From IMG/VR virus record IMGVR_UViG_3300020438_000012, positions 1 through 64,000 of that record: a stretch of DNA of 64,000 bases; one strand, 5' to 3'. Shown here piece by piece: positions 30,355 through 39,692 of this stretch. The notes beneath the pieces are model-generated. The model made no database searches and was not told where the DNA came from. It saw only the letters and a program-made list of their open reading frames with translations. The translations under genes and the position numbers were made by a program. The DNA is from a virus. The number at the start of each line of letters is the position of its first letter. Position 1 is the first letter of the stretch.

Positions 30355-32283
30355 ATGGCTGACGAAGAAAGCCTTTTCAGTAGGCTGACAAAGTTGTTCA
30401 GGAGCGGTCCAACCGTTCGAAGAAAAGTTAAGAACTACAAAGTACCACTGGCGAGTGAAGAGTTAGACGTTTTTGGCTATGGCTCAAACAACGTTTATAA
30501 TGCCGCCTTAAGTGCATACGGCGCGTTTGATAGAATGAGCCGATACAGCGATTTCTCTGAAATGGAAGCAACACCAGAAATCGCTTCAGCTCTTGACATT
30601 TACTCGGAAGAAACCGTTTCTGTAGATGACAAAGGCAGGTCACTGCACATTTATAGTGATAACAGAAAGATCAAAGAGCTTTTAGATAACCTGTTCTACG
30701 ATATTTTAAATGTTGAATTTAACCTATCAATGTGGGTCAGAAATCTTTGTAAGTACGGAGACTTTTTCTTATTCATCGATGTGAATCCGGAATTTGGAGT
30801 TATGAACGCTTATCCGATTCCAATTGCTGAAATCGAAAGAGAAGAAGGCTTTGATCCTTCAGATCCAGCTGCGGTTAGGTTTAGATGGATATCGAGAGGA
30901 AACCAAGTCCTTGAAAATTGGCAAATTATCCATTTCAGACTTCTCGGCAATGATGCGTTTCTACCTTACGGATCCAGTGTTTTAGAAAGCGCAAGAAGAA
31001 TCTGGCGACAACTAATCCTTATTGAAGACGCAATGCTTGTGTATCGAGTTATTCGTGCACCTGAACGCAGAGTATTCTATATCGATGTTGGAAACATTTC
31101 TCCTGAAGATATTCCAACGTTCATGAAACAGGCACAGGATAGTCTTAAGAGAAACAAGGTCGTTGACAAAAACACCGGCCGCGTCGATCTTAGATATAAC
31201 CCACTATCTGTCGACGAAGATTACTTCCTTCCAGTTCGAGGAACTGAATCTGGAACAAGGATTGATACTCTAGCCGGTGGCCAAAACACTGCTGCTATCG
31301 AAGATGTCGAGTACATTCAGAAGAAACTGTTTGCAGCTCTAAAGATTCCTCGTGCTTACCTAGGTTATGACGAAGATATTGGTTCAAAGGCAACTTTAGC
31401 ACAGGAAGATATTAGATTCTCCCGAGCCATTCAGAGAATTCAGAAGACAGTTCTTTCCGAACTAAACAAGCTTGCAATCATTCACCTATACGCTCATGGC
31501 TTTTCGAACGAAGATCTTCTTGATTTTGAACTTAAGCTTTCGAATCCTTCATCGATTGCTCAACAGCAGAAGCTTGAACTGATTAGAACTAAGTTTGAGA
31601 TTGCTGCAGCAGCCCCTGAAGGAATCGCTGATCGAGAGTGGGTTCGTAGAAACGTTATGGGTTTCAACACTTCTGAAATCGAGGCAATCGAAAAAGGAAG
31701 AGAAGAAGACAAAAAGAGAGACGTTGAACTAGAGGCCGTTATCGCAGAGCCTGAACCTGGCGCTGCTCCGTCTGAAGCACCTCCGGGAGACGAAGGCGGC
31801 GGAAAAGATGACGCAGAAGATCTGTTCGCTAGCGACAATCGGGACGGTAAACTCCTAACCTCTCAGCGGCCTGAAAGCGATGAAGATGACGAACTGGCGC
31901 TTTCAATTGATGACATTGATGCACCAATCAAAGCCCAACAGAAAATTAAGAATGCTTTTGGTGAGCCGCTAAAAATTAAGAGAAGATCTAAGACATCTGC
32001 TAGTACGGCTGAAATGCCAAACATGTCAAAGATGGTTGCTGTTGGAAAGAAAGCCAGGACCCAAGACACAATGTCCCGCCCGTTTGATCGTGATTCCTTG
32101 AAAGGATTTTCAAAGATTAAGCTCGGCGAAGGCGACGATCCGTTTGCTGATCTTGTCGACAGACATACGAAGCAACATGCAACTATGACAAAAGAGTTGA
32201 GATCAACGCTAACTTCGATGAATACGAATCTAAATATTGATGTAAGTTCTTTGCTAAAAGAATCGGGGAACAATGATGAGTAA
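30355..32283 (+). CDS. portal protein (T4 gp20-like)
   Basis: QLILIEDAMLVYRVIRAPERRVFYIDVGN, EDYFLPVRG, IDTLAGGQN, DVEYIQKKLFAALKIP. Confidence 0.95.
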   Translation: MADEESLFSRLTKLFRSGPTVRRKVKNYKVPLASEELDVFGYGSNNVYNAALSAYGAFDRMSRYSDFSEMEATPEIASALDIYSEETVSVDDKGRSLHIYSDNRKIKELLDNLFYDILNVEFNLSMWVRNLCKYGDFFLFIDVNPEFGVMNAYPIPIAEIEREEGFDPSDPAAVRFRWISRGNQVLENWQIIHFRLLGNDAFLPYGSSVLESARRIWRQLILIEDAMLVYRVIRAPERRVFYIDVGNISPEDIPTFMKQAQDSLKRNKVVDKNTGRVDLRYNPLSVDEDYFLPVRGTESGTRIDTLAGGQNTAAIEDVEYIQKKLFAALKIPRAYLGYDEDIGSKATLAQEDIRFSRAIQRIQKTVLSELNKLAIIHLYAHGFSNEDLLDFELKLSNPSSIAQQQKLELIRTKFEIAAAAPEGIADREWVRRNVMGFNTSEIEAIEKGREEDKKRDVELEAVIAEPEPGAAPSEAPPGDEGGGKDDAEDLFASDNRDGKLLTSQRPESDEDDELALSIDDIDAPIKAQQKIKNAFGEPLKIKRRSKTSASTAEMPNMSKMVAVGKKARTQDTMSRPFDRDSLKGFSKIKLGEGDDPFADLVDRHTKQHATMTKELRSTLTSMNTNLNIDVSSLLKESGNNDE

Positions 32284-33100
32284 GCACAACAAGAAAAGAA
32301 ATGTTGGAATCGTGTACCAGCAAGTACTAAGAAGGGCTGCCGAAGCTGCTATTGATGGCGATAAGCCGCATGTAAACGAATGCGTAGAACTTCTAGGCCG
32401 CCATTTTAGACCAGGTACTGAACTGTATAAAGAGCATAAACTATTCAGCTCTATTCTGGAAACCGGTGGAGTTGATGAAAAAACTTCTGAGAAAGTTTTG
32501 TCTATCGTAAAGGAAGTTTCAAGATCTATTGACCAAAATGTAATTGAAAAACAGAAAGGTACATTTATCAACGAAGCAAATCGTGTTTTTGGGAAAGGTC
32601 AACTCTTTAATACACGCGTAAGCAACTACCGAGGACTTGCGACCGTTCAGTTGCTTCTTAACGAATGGAGAAACCCAGGTACTCTAACACCGACTCAGAC
32701 AGCGGAGTACGAAAGACGCCTTCAGGCATACATGATAACCGAAAAACAAGTCCCAACGCTTCAAAAAGAATCTAAGGTTGATGATTTAACCGTCGCAATG
32801 TTTAGAAAGAGATTTGATGATTCCTATGGATCAAAGCTCAGCAACCTTCAGAAAAACTTTGTAGCTGCCGTTGCTTTTAACAAACATGATGTAGTTGAGC
32901 AAATGATTTCAGAAGCAAAGGATAAGGCTATCGAGCTTCTAGATCGTAGACACTTAGGAGAAACTAACAAGCTTCTCTCGGAAAGATATGAAATTGTAAG
33001 AAAAAACATCATAGCATTTAATGGAAGCAGCGAAAGTACGGCATCTATGGCCATGACGCTGTTCAACCTAATCAAAGAGTTGGAGAGTGGCGATGTCTGA
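32273..33100 (+). CDS. head-cluster hypothetical protein
   Basis: KHNKKRNVG N-terminus; lies between portal and protease. Confidence 0.6.
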   Translation: MMSKHNKKRNVGIVYQQVLRRAAEAAIDGDKPHVNECVELLGRHFRPGTELYKEHKLFSSILETGGVDEKTSEKVLSIVKEVSRSIDQNVIEKQKGTFINEANRVFGKGQLFNTRVSNYRGLATVQLLLNEWRNPGTLTPTQTAEYERRLQAYMITEKQVPTLQKESKVDDLTVAMFRKRFDDSYGSKLSNLQKNFVAAVAFNKHDVVEQMISEAKDKAIELLDRRHLGETNKLLSERYEIVRKNIIAFNGSSESTASMAMTLFNLIKELESGDV

Positions 33101-33698
33101 TATTAGACTGATTACATCATGGCAGCCTTTTGAGTATGACTCAAAGATGGTAGCAGAGTCTCGTTTAGAAAATGCCGGAAAAATTATGATGAAAGGTATT
33201 TTGCAAAAAGCAAATACACTAAATCAAAACGGCAGAATTTACCCTCTCCCTATTCTTGAAAGAGAAGTGAGAAACTATCAGAAGTTTATTGAGGAAAAAC
33301 GAGCGCTCGGCGAGTGTGACCATCCAGAAAGTTCTGTGGTAGAACTAAAAAATGCTTCCCACATAATCAGGGAAGCTTACATGGAAGGAGATGTTTGTTG
33401 GGGAACTGTTGAACTCTTAGATACACCATCTGGCAAAATATTACAAAGCCTTGTTGAGTCCGGGGTCACCCTTGGAATATCTTCCCGTGGAGTTGGTTCA
33501 ACTAGAAGGGAAGGCGACTATCAGGTCGTTCAAGATGACTTTCAGCTAATTTGCTGGGATTTTGTTTCAGAGCCTTCAACCCCCGGAGCATTTATGATGA
33601 GAGAAGGTGTTGAAGTAAGAAGATCCGAACTAAACAAGCTGTTTACGAAGTCTGATAGGCTCTTTAGAATATACAACGAAATTACTGAATGGAAGTGA
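33093..33698 (+). CDS. prohead core protease (T4 gp21-like)
   Basis: NQNGRIYP, GECDHP, GISSRGVG, DFVSEPSTPGA; start ATG 33093 after GGAG. Confidence 0.93.
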   Translation: MSDIRLITSWQPFEYDSKMVAESRLENAGKIMMKGILQKANTLNQNGRIYPLPILEREVRNYQKFIEEKRALGECDHPESSVVELKNASHIIREAYMEGDVCWGTVELLDTPSGKILQSLVESGVTLGISSRGVGSTRREGDYQVVQDDFQLICWDFVSEPSTPGAFMMREGVEVRRSELNKLFTKSDRLFRIYNEITEWK

Positions 33699-33708
33699 GG
33701 AAAATAAT

Positions 33709-34167
33709 ATGGCAAAGATTTCTAAGACAGCGCTAAAAGGACTAATCAAGGAATGCCTTGTGGAAATCCTGCAAGAAGGATTGGCTACACAATTAATGGC
33801 TTCAGGTCCAACGCCAAGAAAGAAAAGCCGCCGCAAGCTATCTTCGATTAATTCTGCATCCCCAGGCATGAACGAGCGTTCTGATCCTAGAAATCGCAGA
33901 AACTTCAATCCAACACTCGATACCCCGGTTGCCAGTCTATCTGAAAGAATTTCTCCAACCATCGCGCGCGTATCTAGTGACCCTTCAATTCAGGCATTAC
34001 TTGAAGATACAGCCGCAACAACGTTAAAAAATCAACACAGCGCAGAAAATCAGAGAGGGCCTCAAGCTCAAACCGATGTTCCTCTAGAATCCCTGGGTGT
34101 CAATGTTCGCAACTGGGCAGCCATGGCTTTTTCTGAAGAGAAGAACGATTCGTCTAAACTGGGATAA
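33709..34167 (+). CDS. putative prohead core/internal protein with leader-like N-terminus
   Basis: MAKISKTALKGLIKECLVEILQE resembles the array leader; follows the protease gene. Confidence 0.55.
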   Translation: MAKISKTALKGLIKECLVEILQEGLATQLMASGPTPRKKSRRKLSSINSASPGMNERSDPRNRRNFNPTLDTPVASLSERISPTIARVSSDPSIQALLEDTAATTLKNQHSAENQRGPQAQTDVPLESLGVNVRNWAAMAFSEEKNDSSKLG

Positions 34168-34171
34168 CGGC

Positions 34172-34178
34172 ATACTTA
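34172..34178 (+). promoter_or_regulatory. ATACTTA candidate late promoter
   Basis: Intergenic, before GGAGG SD and ATG 34199. Confidence 0.6.
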
Positions 34179-34198
34179 TCACATGTGGAGGTTGACGC

Positions 34199-34465
34199 AT
34201 GAAAAAAATGTCGGTCACAAGACTTCGTAAATTTATTTTAGAAGAAGCTGCAAAAGTAAACGAGACACTCGAACAAGGTAAAGCAGATGTTGAATCTGTT
34301 AATGCGGATGAAACAGACGCAGAAGATCTTGCTAATACTTTAGAGAAAGATTTAGATCACATGAAAGCTTTAAAGATTCACGAAACAAGAATCCGAAGAA
34401 AGCTTGAAAAGATCTCAGAGGCAAAGAAAACTGTCCGCTCTAGAATTATGAAGAGGCTAAAGTAA
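34199..34465 (+). CDS. putative prohead core/internal protein
   Basis: MKKMSVTRLRKFILEEAAKVNE leader-like start; helical and charged. Confidence 0.55.
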   Translation: MKKMSVTRLRKFILEEAAKVNETLEQGKADVESVNADETDAEDLANTLEKDLDHMKALKIHETRIRRKLEKISEAKKTVRSRIMKRLK

Positions 34466-34960
34466 ATGCCAAGCGTGAAGCAGACAACAGTTGACCCAGC
34501 TGCATCAACAAGAGGCATGGGATCTAGCGATACCGAAGCTTTGACTGAGGCATTTCCTGCTTCACCAATTCATGCTGGTGATATTACTAGAAATTCTCTA
34601 GAGGTCCAATATAACGACCTTGCACTCCAGGGTGTTGTAAGAAACGGTCTTGGAATTTCGTCATACGATCGAGATTTTACAGGGGCAGACTCCGGAGTTG
34701 CGTTTCCAGACGGCGATGTTGCAACTGGTGCCGCAGGACTACCGGCGTCTCAATACGTTCCAAACCCAGCTTCACCTGGACCTGGAAGTCAAAACCCAAC
34801 GGATTTACCAGCGCCACCTGCTGGATTTGGCGAAACACCGAATGGGGATACATACGGTTCAGGCACCGGCGCACTTACAAGGCCAGCTGATACTTCAAAA
34901 ACCATTGCTCGCCACACACTTGGTTCTTATGGGTTAGGAACTTCAGAACCAACAAAGTAG
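34466..34960 (+). CDS. Pro/Gly-rich head-cluster protein
   Basis: 164 aa; YVPNPASPGPGS motif. Confidence 0.55.
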   Translation: MPSVKQTTVDPAASTRGMGSSDTEALTEAFPASPIHAGDITRNSLEVQYNDLALQGVVRNGLGISSYDRDFTGADSGVAFPDGDVATGAAGLPASQYVPNPASPGPGSQNPTDLPAPPAGFGETPNGDTYGSGTGALTRPADTSKTIARHTLGSYGLGTSEPTK

Positions 34961-34967
34961 GCGCTAA

Positions 34968-35561
34968 ATGCCTAAAATAAAAAAGTACGGCCTTAACCGA
35001 GAAAACCACTCGCGCTTTCCGCAGATGGATACGCGAAACGATCTTGGTTATGGCCGTACTAAGTTAAAATTTAGTAAACCTAGACCTTCGGCGAGTTCCT
35101 ACCCCTATAGCATGAACGATGAACAAGAGAAAGAATCTGAAAATTTGCAAGATGTAGAGGTCGAGGACGTCCCTAGAAAAGCGATGACAAAAGTTCGTCG
35201 ACACGTAAGGGTTAACGATTTTGGTGCTGCAGCAGGAACAGACCCTTTTTATTATGCTGGTGCAGCAACTAAAATTAGCGAACAGCAATCTGCAAATAGC
35301 AAAGGTGGAATTGGCGTAACTCTTCCAGCCGGCATAGGATCTTCGACCTCTGGGTTTAGGTCAATTACTAGACCTACTGGAACTAAGAGAGGGTTTTCCT
35401 CTGCACCGTATACGATCGATAATTCTGAAACCAAAAATCGACTCGTAGATTTTGTTGATGACGACGATAAAAGTCTAAGATTATTTGTCAGAACAATCTT
35501 GGCAAAAGAAAAAGAGCGAAACTCAAAACAGAATAATCGGTTTCAAAAGAATACTTACTAA
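34968..35561 (+). CDS. hypothetical head-cluster protein
   Basis: 197 aa, low-complexity, basic ends; C-terminal LRLFVRTILAKE. Confidence 0.5.
   Translation: MPKIKKYGLNRENHSRFPQMDTRNDLGYGRTKLKFSKPRPSASSYPYSMNDEQEKESENLQDVEVEDVPRKAMTKVRRHVRVNDFGAAAGTDPFYYAGAATKISEQQSANSKGGIGVTLPAGIGSSTSGFRSITRPTGTKRGFSSAPYTIDNSETKNRLVDFVDDDDKSLRLFVRTILAKEKERNSKQNNRFQKNTY
35551..35557 (+). promoter_or_regulatory. ATACTTA candidate late promoter
   Basis: At the 3' end of the upstream gene, before GAGG SD and scaffold ATG 35579. Confidence 0.55.
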
Positions 35562-35578
35562 AGTCCAAGAGGATTTGA

Positions 35579-37093
35579 ATGAAAAATTCAATGTACGAAC
35601 AAGCAATTCTGGATGCTCAAAACCTTCGAAAGATGGCTGAAGAGTCCGCAAAAAACAAGCTCATCGAAGCTGTAATGCCACAACTTCGAGAAATTATTGA
35701 GAACGATGTAATTTCTCCAGTAGTGAGCGAATCTATGGAGATCGAAGAAGATCACTGTATGAACGATGCGGAAGAGAAGGAAAATGACGATCTTCTCCTT
35801 GATGAAAACGAGGATGATGAAGACGACATGAATGAAGCCGACATGATGGCGCTGGCGGCATTGGTTGAGGCAACGTCTCACCAAAAAAAGGGTAACCTTA
35901 ACGAAAGACTTTCAATTGTTAGGAAAAAGCTGGCAAGAATGCTGGTGATTTCTGAATCAATAGATCCTAAGCAACTTCAGGCAGACCATGCGTTTGTTTT
36001 TATGAAGAAGCTGAATGCTCTCATTAAAGAAACTATGCAAATCAAAAATGAGGCAATACTTATAAAAGAATCCGGAGACCACCGGTTCTACAATAAATCT
36101 GATAAAACTCTACAGGAGATAAAAGAAATGGCACGTCGTATGAACAGGGGAGTCTTTGCTAGGCTCTTTGAAGCAGATAAGCTTAATGAGCTTGATGCTA
36201 CCCTCGTGCTCGAGCCTTCCGAGGACGAAGCTGATGAGGTCGAGGAGCTACTAGGCGACCTGGACATCGATGTTGAGCTCGGTGGTGCAGACGAGGATGA
36301 GGATGAGGATGATGCAGGCGACATGGACGCTGACGAGGAAGAGGACGATGAAGAAATCGAACTTGACCTTGGCGAAGCTGACATGGACGAAATGGATCAT
36401 GGCAAAAAGGAAGGGTACCACGAGATGGACGAGATGGACGAGATGGATGAGGACATGGACGAGGTCTATGAAATCGACGAGTCTACTCTTCGCCGTGCAC
36501 TTCGAGCCCTTCGAGAAGGTGATGCTGCCGAAAAGGCAGATCAATTTGGTGGAGCTGAAGTCGAAGGCGACGTAATTGTCGACCTTGACGAAGATGATCT
36601 ACTACATGCACTTAATGATGTACTTGGCGACGCTCCGGTTCCGAGACCACCACTTGGTGAGTCACGCCGCAGCCGCCGAAAGTCTAGACGTTCGCGAGTA
36701 AATGAGAGTCGCAAGAATCGTACTCTTATCTCCGAGCTTTCACGGGCCAAAAAGGCCAACGGCGAATTGAAGAAGCATCTCCAAGAGATGAACCTTTTTA
36801 ACGCCAAGCTACTCTACGCAAACAAGCTGATGCAGAATAAGAGCCTCAGTACGCGTCAGCAGAGAGCTGTTGTCGAGGCACTCGATAGTGCCAAGACACT
36901 TAGGGAAGCAAAGCTTCTCTTCCAGAGCCTGTCAAGCGGAGTCAAGAAGGGCAAGGCCCTTTCTGAGTCAACTAGCAGGGTCCGCGGTTCTTCGTCAAAA
37001 TCAACGCCACGTGCTAGCGCTAAGCCGCTACAAGAAGGTGCTGGGCAGACGGATCGTTGGGCAATCTTGGCTGGCATTCCAGGCAAGAAGTAA
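35579..37093 (+). CDS. prohead scaffold/core protein
   Basis: Very acidic centre with MDE repeats, coiled-coil C-terminus (EMNLFNAKLLYANKL), terminal RWAILAGI; directly upstream of the major capsid gene. Confidence 0.8.
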   Translation: MKNSMYEQAILDAQNLRKMAEESAKNKLIEAVMPQLREIIENDVISPVVSESMEIEEDHCMNDAEEKENDDLLLDENEDDEDDMNEADMMALAALVEATSHQKKGNLNERLSIVRKKLARMLVISESIDPKQLQADHAFVFMKKLNALIKETMQIKNEAILIKESGDHRFYNKSDKTLQEIKEMARRMNRGVFARLFEADKLNELDATLVLEPSEDEADEVEELLGDLDIDVELGGADEDEDEDDAGDMDADEEEDDEEIELDLGEADMDEMDHGKKEGYHEMDEMDEMDEDMDEVYEIDESTLRRALRALREGDAAEKADQFGGAEVEGDVIVDLDEDDLLHALNDVLGDAPVPRPPLGESRRSRRKSRRSRVNESRKNRTLISELSRAKKANGELKKHLQEMNLFNAKLLYANKLMQNKSLSTRQQRAVVEALDSAKTLREAKLLFQSLSSGVKKGKALSESTSRVRGSSSKSTPRASAKPLQEGAGQTDRWAILAGIPGKK

Positions 37094-37122
37094 CAACAAC
37101 AAACCCATTAGGAGAGATAAAG

Positions 37123-39030
37123 ATGTCACGTAAGTTTAGTCTTAATACGCTCACCGAGGGTATCCGTCAAAGGCACCTTGGTCAGCAAAACTCCCGTCTC
37201 CTCGAGAAGTGGTCACGTACCGGTCTTCTTCGTGGACTCGACGGGCAGAAGAGAGAAAACATGTCGATGCTCTTGGAGAATCAGGCCGCCCAGGCCCTCC
37301 GTGAGTCATCCACAATCGGTGCAGGCGGCGGAGCCGGCACTGCTTCAGGCGATCTCGGTGGTTTCACCAACATCGCATTCCCAATCGTTCGTAGAGTATT
37401 CGGCGGCCTAGTTGCCAACGAGCTCGTTTCAATCCAGCCGATGAGCCTGCCTTCTGGCCTGCTTTTCTACTTGGATTACACCTATGGTTCCGTGAATGGT
37501 TCAGCTCAGTCTGATAATGATGTGTATACGTCTGGTTCATCGATCTACGGAAACCCTTCAGGCAAGTCACTTCAAACCGGCGCAGCGCAGGCTGGCGGTA
37601 TGTACGACCTCGCTGGTTCAGGTTACTCTAGAGTTTATCAGGAAGCAGGTGCTATTAACCTAATCACTTCAGGTGCTTTTAAGGGTACCTCGGCGATGGT
37701 TGCTACCGCTGTTCTTGACGCTACCGGCTCCGATGGCGCCCTGATTCAGTTTGACCCAGCCCTTACAACTCTCATCGAGGGCGTAAAGGGTGCAGGTGCA
37801 ACAGCCGACAGTTACTCGGCCGTTGTTGTCAAGGCTAACACGATCCAAGCGTCGTCAAATCAGCCTGTTGACTTTACTGCGATTAAGGAAATTGGTCTAT
37901 TCGCCCCGGGTGATACAACTCCATACGGCCCAGTTAGTTCTGACCTCCAAGGTCAAGGCAAGGGACTGATTAACGTTCGTCGCCTTAACCAGCTAGTTAG
38001 AGTTTCTCCTTCCGGTGCAACTGGTGCTTCTGTTACGGGGATCACACCAATTTCGACTATCACTGATCCTACTGGTGATGCTGATGTCGGCGTTCTGTTT
38101 ATCGTCTCAGGTACACAGACTGCAGCTACCGCGGCAACTTTAAAGCTTCAGTACGTCCAGGATCCAAACTTCACGTCATCTAGTGGCGAGACGCTTGTTA
38201 TCCCAACGTTCGAGTCTAACTTTGGCGCAACTCCTTCTCCTGAGATCCCAGAGATCGACATCAAGATTGAGTCTATTCCGGTTGTCGCTGACACCCGTAA
38301 GTTGCGTGCGAAGTGGTCGCCAGAGCTTGCTCAGGACCTCAACGCCTACCACAGCCTTGACGCTGAGGTTGAGCTTACCCAGATTCTTTCGGCTCAGATC
38401 GCTCTTGAGATCGACCGTGAGATCCTTAACGACTTGTTGCAGGGCGCCGCTGGTGCTAACTTCTTCTGGTCACGTTCGCCTGGTAACTTCGTTGACAAGA
38501 CCACCGGCGTTGAAGCTTTCCGTTCTTCTACTCTTGCGTCTGGTCCGGCATTCACCGGTACGGTTCGTGAGTGGTATGAGACTCTTATCGAGACGATCAT
38601 CGACGTTGGTAATACCATCCACCGTAAGACTCTCCGCGGCGCGGCGAACTTCATCGTGGTTGGCCCAGACGTTGCAACGATCCTCGAGGCTTCTGTCTAC
38701 TACCGTCCGTCTCTGAGCATCGACGGTGATGGTCAGGTTGCTACTCCATTCAGCCTAGGTGCTGAAAAGGTTGGCACTCTTTCCAATCGTTTCACAGTCT
38801 ACAAGGATCCATACTTCCCACGGAACAAGATTCTCGTCGGATACAAGGGTGGTTCCTACCTCGAGACTGGTTACGTCTACGCTCCGTACGTGCCGTTGAT
38901 CATCACGCCTACAATCTTTGCCCCAGAGGACTTCACCCCGCGTAAGGGTGTTATGACTCGCTACGGCAAGAAGCTTGTTCGTGCCGACTTCTACGGTACC
39001 GTCACCTGCCTTAAGATGAACATTATTTAA
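37123..39030 (+). CDS. major capsid protein (T4 gp23-like)
   Basis: LLENQ, FPIVRRVF, VSIQPMSLPSGLLFY, RKLRAKWSPELAQDLNAYH, EIDREIL, YAPYVPL, RKGVMTRYG; true start ATG 37123 after AGGAG. Confidence 0.96.
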   Translation: MSRKFSLNTLTEGIRQRHLGQQNSRLLEKWSRTGLLRGLDGQKRENMSMLLENQAAQALRESSTIGAGGGAGTASGDLGGFTNIAFPIVRRVFGGLVANELVSIQPMSLPSGLLFYLDYTYGSVNGSAQSDNDVYTSGSSIYGNPSGKSLQTGAAQAGGMYDLAGSGYSRVYQEAGAINLITSGAFKGTSAMVATAVLDATGSDGALIQFDPALTTLIEGVKGAGATADSYSAVVVKANTIQASSNQPVDFTAIKEIGLFAPGDTTPYGPVSSDLQGQGKGLINVRRLNQLVRVSPSGATGASVTGITPISTITDPTGDADVGVLFIVSGTQTAATAATLKLQYVQDPNFTSSSGETLVIPTFESNFGATPSPEIPEIDIKIESIPVVADTRKLRAKWSPELAQDLNAYHSLDAEVELTQILSAQIALEIDREILNDLLQGAAGANFFWSRSPGNFVDKTTGVEAFRSSTLASGPAFTGTVREWYETLIETIIDVGNTIHRKTLRGAANFIVVGPDVATILEASVYYRPSLSIDGDGQVATPFSLGAEKVGTLSNRFTVYKDPYFPRNKILVGYKGGSYLETGYVYAPYVPLIITPTIFAPEDFTPRKGVMTRYGKKLVRADFYGTVTCLKMNII

Positions 39031-39052
39031 TCTTTTAGATTATTAATTTTCT

Positions 39053-39083
39053 GGGTCGCCCTTTTGGGCGACCCTTTTTTTTT
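39053..39083 (+). terminator. Rho-independent terminator after the capsid gene
   Basis: GGGTCGCCC-TTTT-GGGCGACCC perfect 9-bp stem followed by a run of 9 T. Confidence 0.9.
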
Positions 39084-39098
39084 ATAAAGCGTACAAAC

Positions 39099-39105
39099 AT
39101 ACTTA
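39099..39105 (+). promoter_or_regulatory. ATACTTA candidate late promoter
   Basis: Immediately downstream of the strong terminator, where re-initiation would be needed. Confidence 0.65.
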
Positions 39106-39177
39106 GTAATAGTTCGGTTCAAATAATCACTCAACACCCCGGGGGGACCGAAGCATGGGGAGCAAGGAGAAAGATTT

Positions 39178-39666
39178 ATGCCAAAAGTAACAATTGATAA
39201 CAGTAGAGGTCTCGTTCAAGAGACGGGGACCGGCGTGGTAATTAAAGCATCCGGGGCAATCGGTCAGAAATATACCGCAGTCACATCACTCATCTCTGGC
39301 GGTGCCAACGATGTAGAAATGACACTAACACAACCTGCAAACTCTGTTCTTTGTGATGTAGGGTTTATTTTGACAACTGCAATTGCAGGTTCTAGTGGTA
39401 ACTCAAACTTTAAGGTAGGAACTGCCGACGATGGCGCACAAATTGTTGCAGCAACTGCTTTGATGAGTTCAGCAACGGCTGCGGCAATTGGTTCCGGCAT
39501 TACACTTTCTGGTCTTAAGAGTGAAGGAGCAGCAGCCCTTGCCATTGTAGCCGATGCTGCAGTCTACACGGCAACAGAGCGAACACTTTTTCTTCGTCTT
39601 GAAAATTCTGCAGCAATTACTGCCGGTGCTGGAAAAGCATTCATTAGTTACATGATCTTGCCGTAG
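39178..39666 (+). CDS. putative head decoration/accessory protein, copy 1
   Basis: Follows the capsid gene; A/G/T-rich beta protein; paralog of 39693..40184. Confidence 0.55.
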   Translation: MPKVTIDNSRGLVQETGTGVVIKASGAIGQKYTAVTSLISGGANDVEMTLTQPANSVLCDVGFILTTAIAGSSGNSNFKVGTADDGAQIVAATALMSSATAAAIGSGITLSGLKSEGAAALAIVADAAVYTATERTLFLRLENSAAITAGAGKAFISYMILP

Positions 39667-39692
39667 GGTTAGGATTACAAAGGAGAAAAATT

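Noticed and set aside
28739-39030. Introns, inteins or homing endonucleases in terminase, portal or capsid
   Set aside because: The ORFs are continuous with no intein termini or LAGLIDADG/HNH/GIY-YIG motifs; the extra capsid length looks like an ordinary insertion domain.
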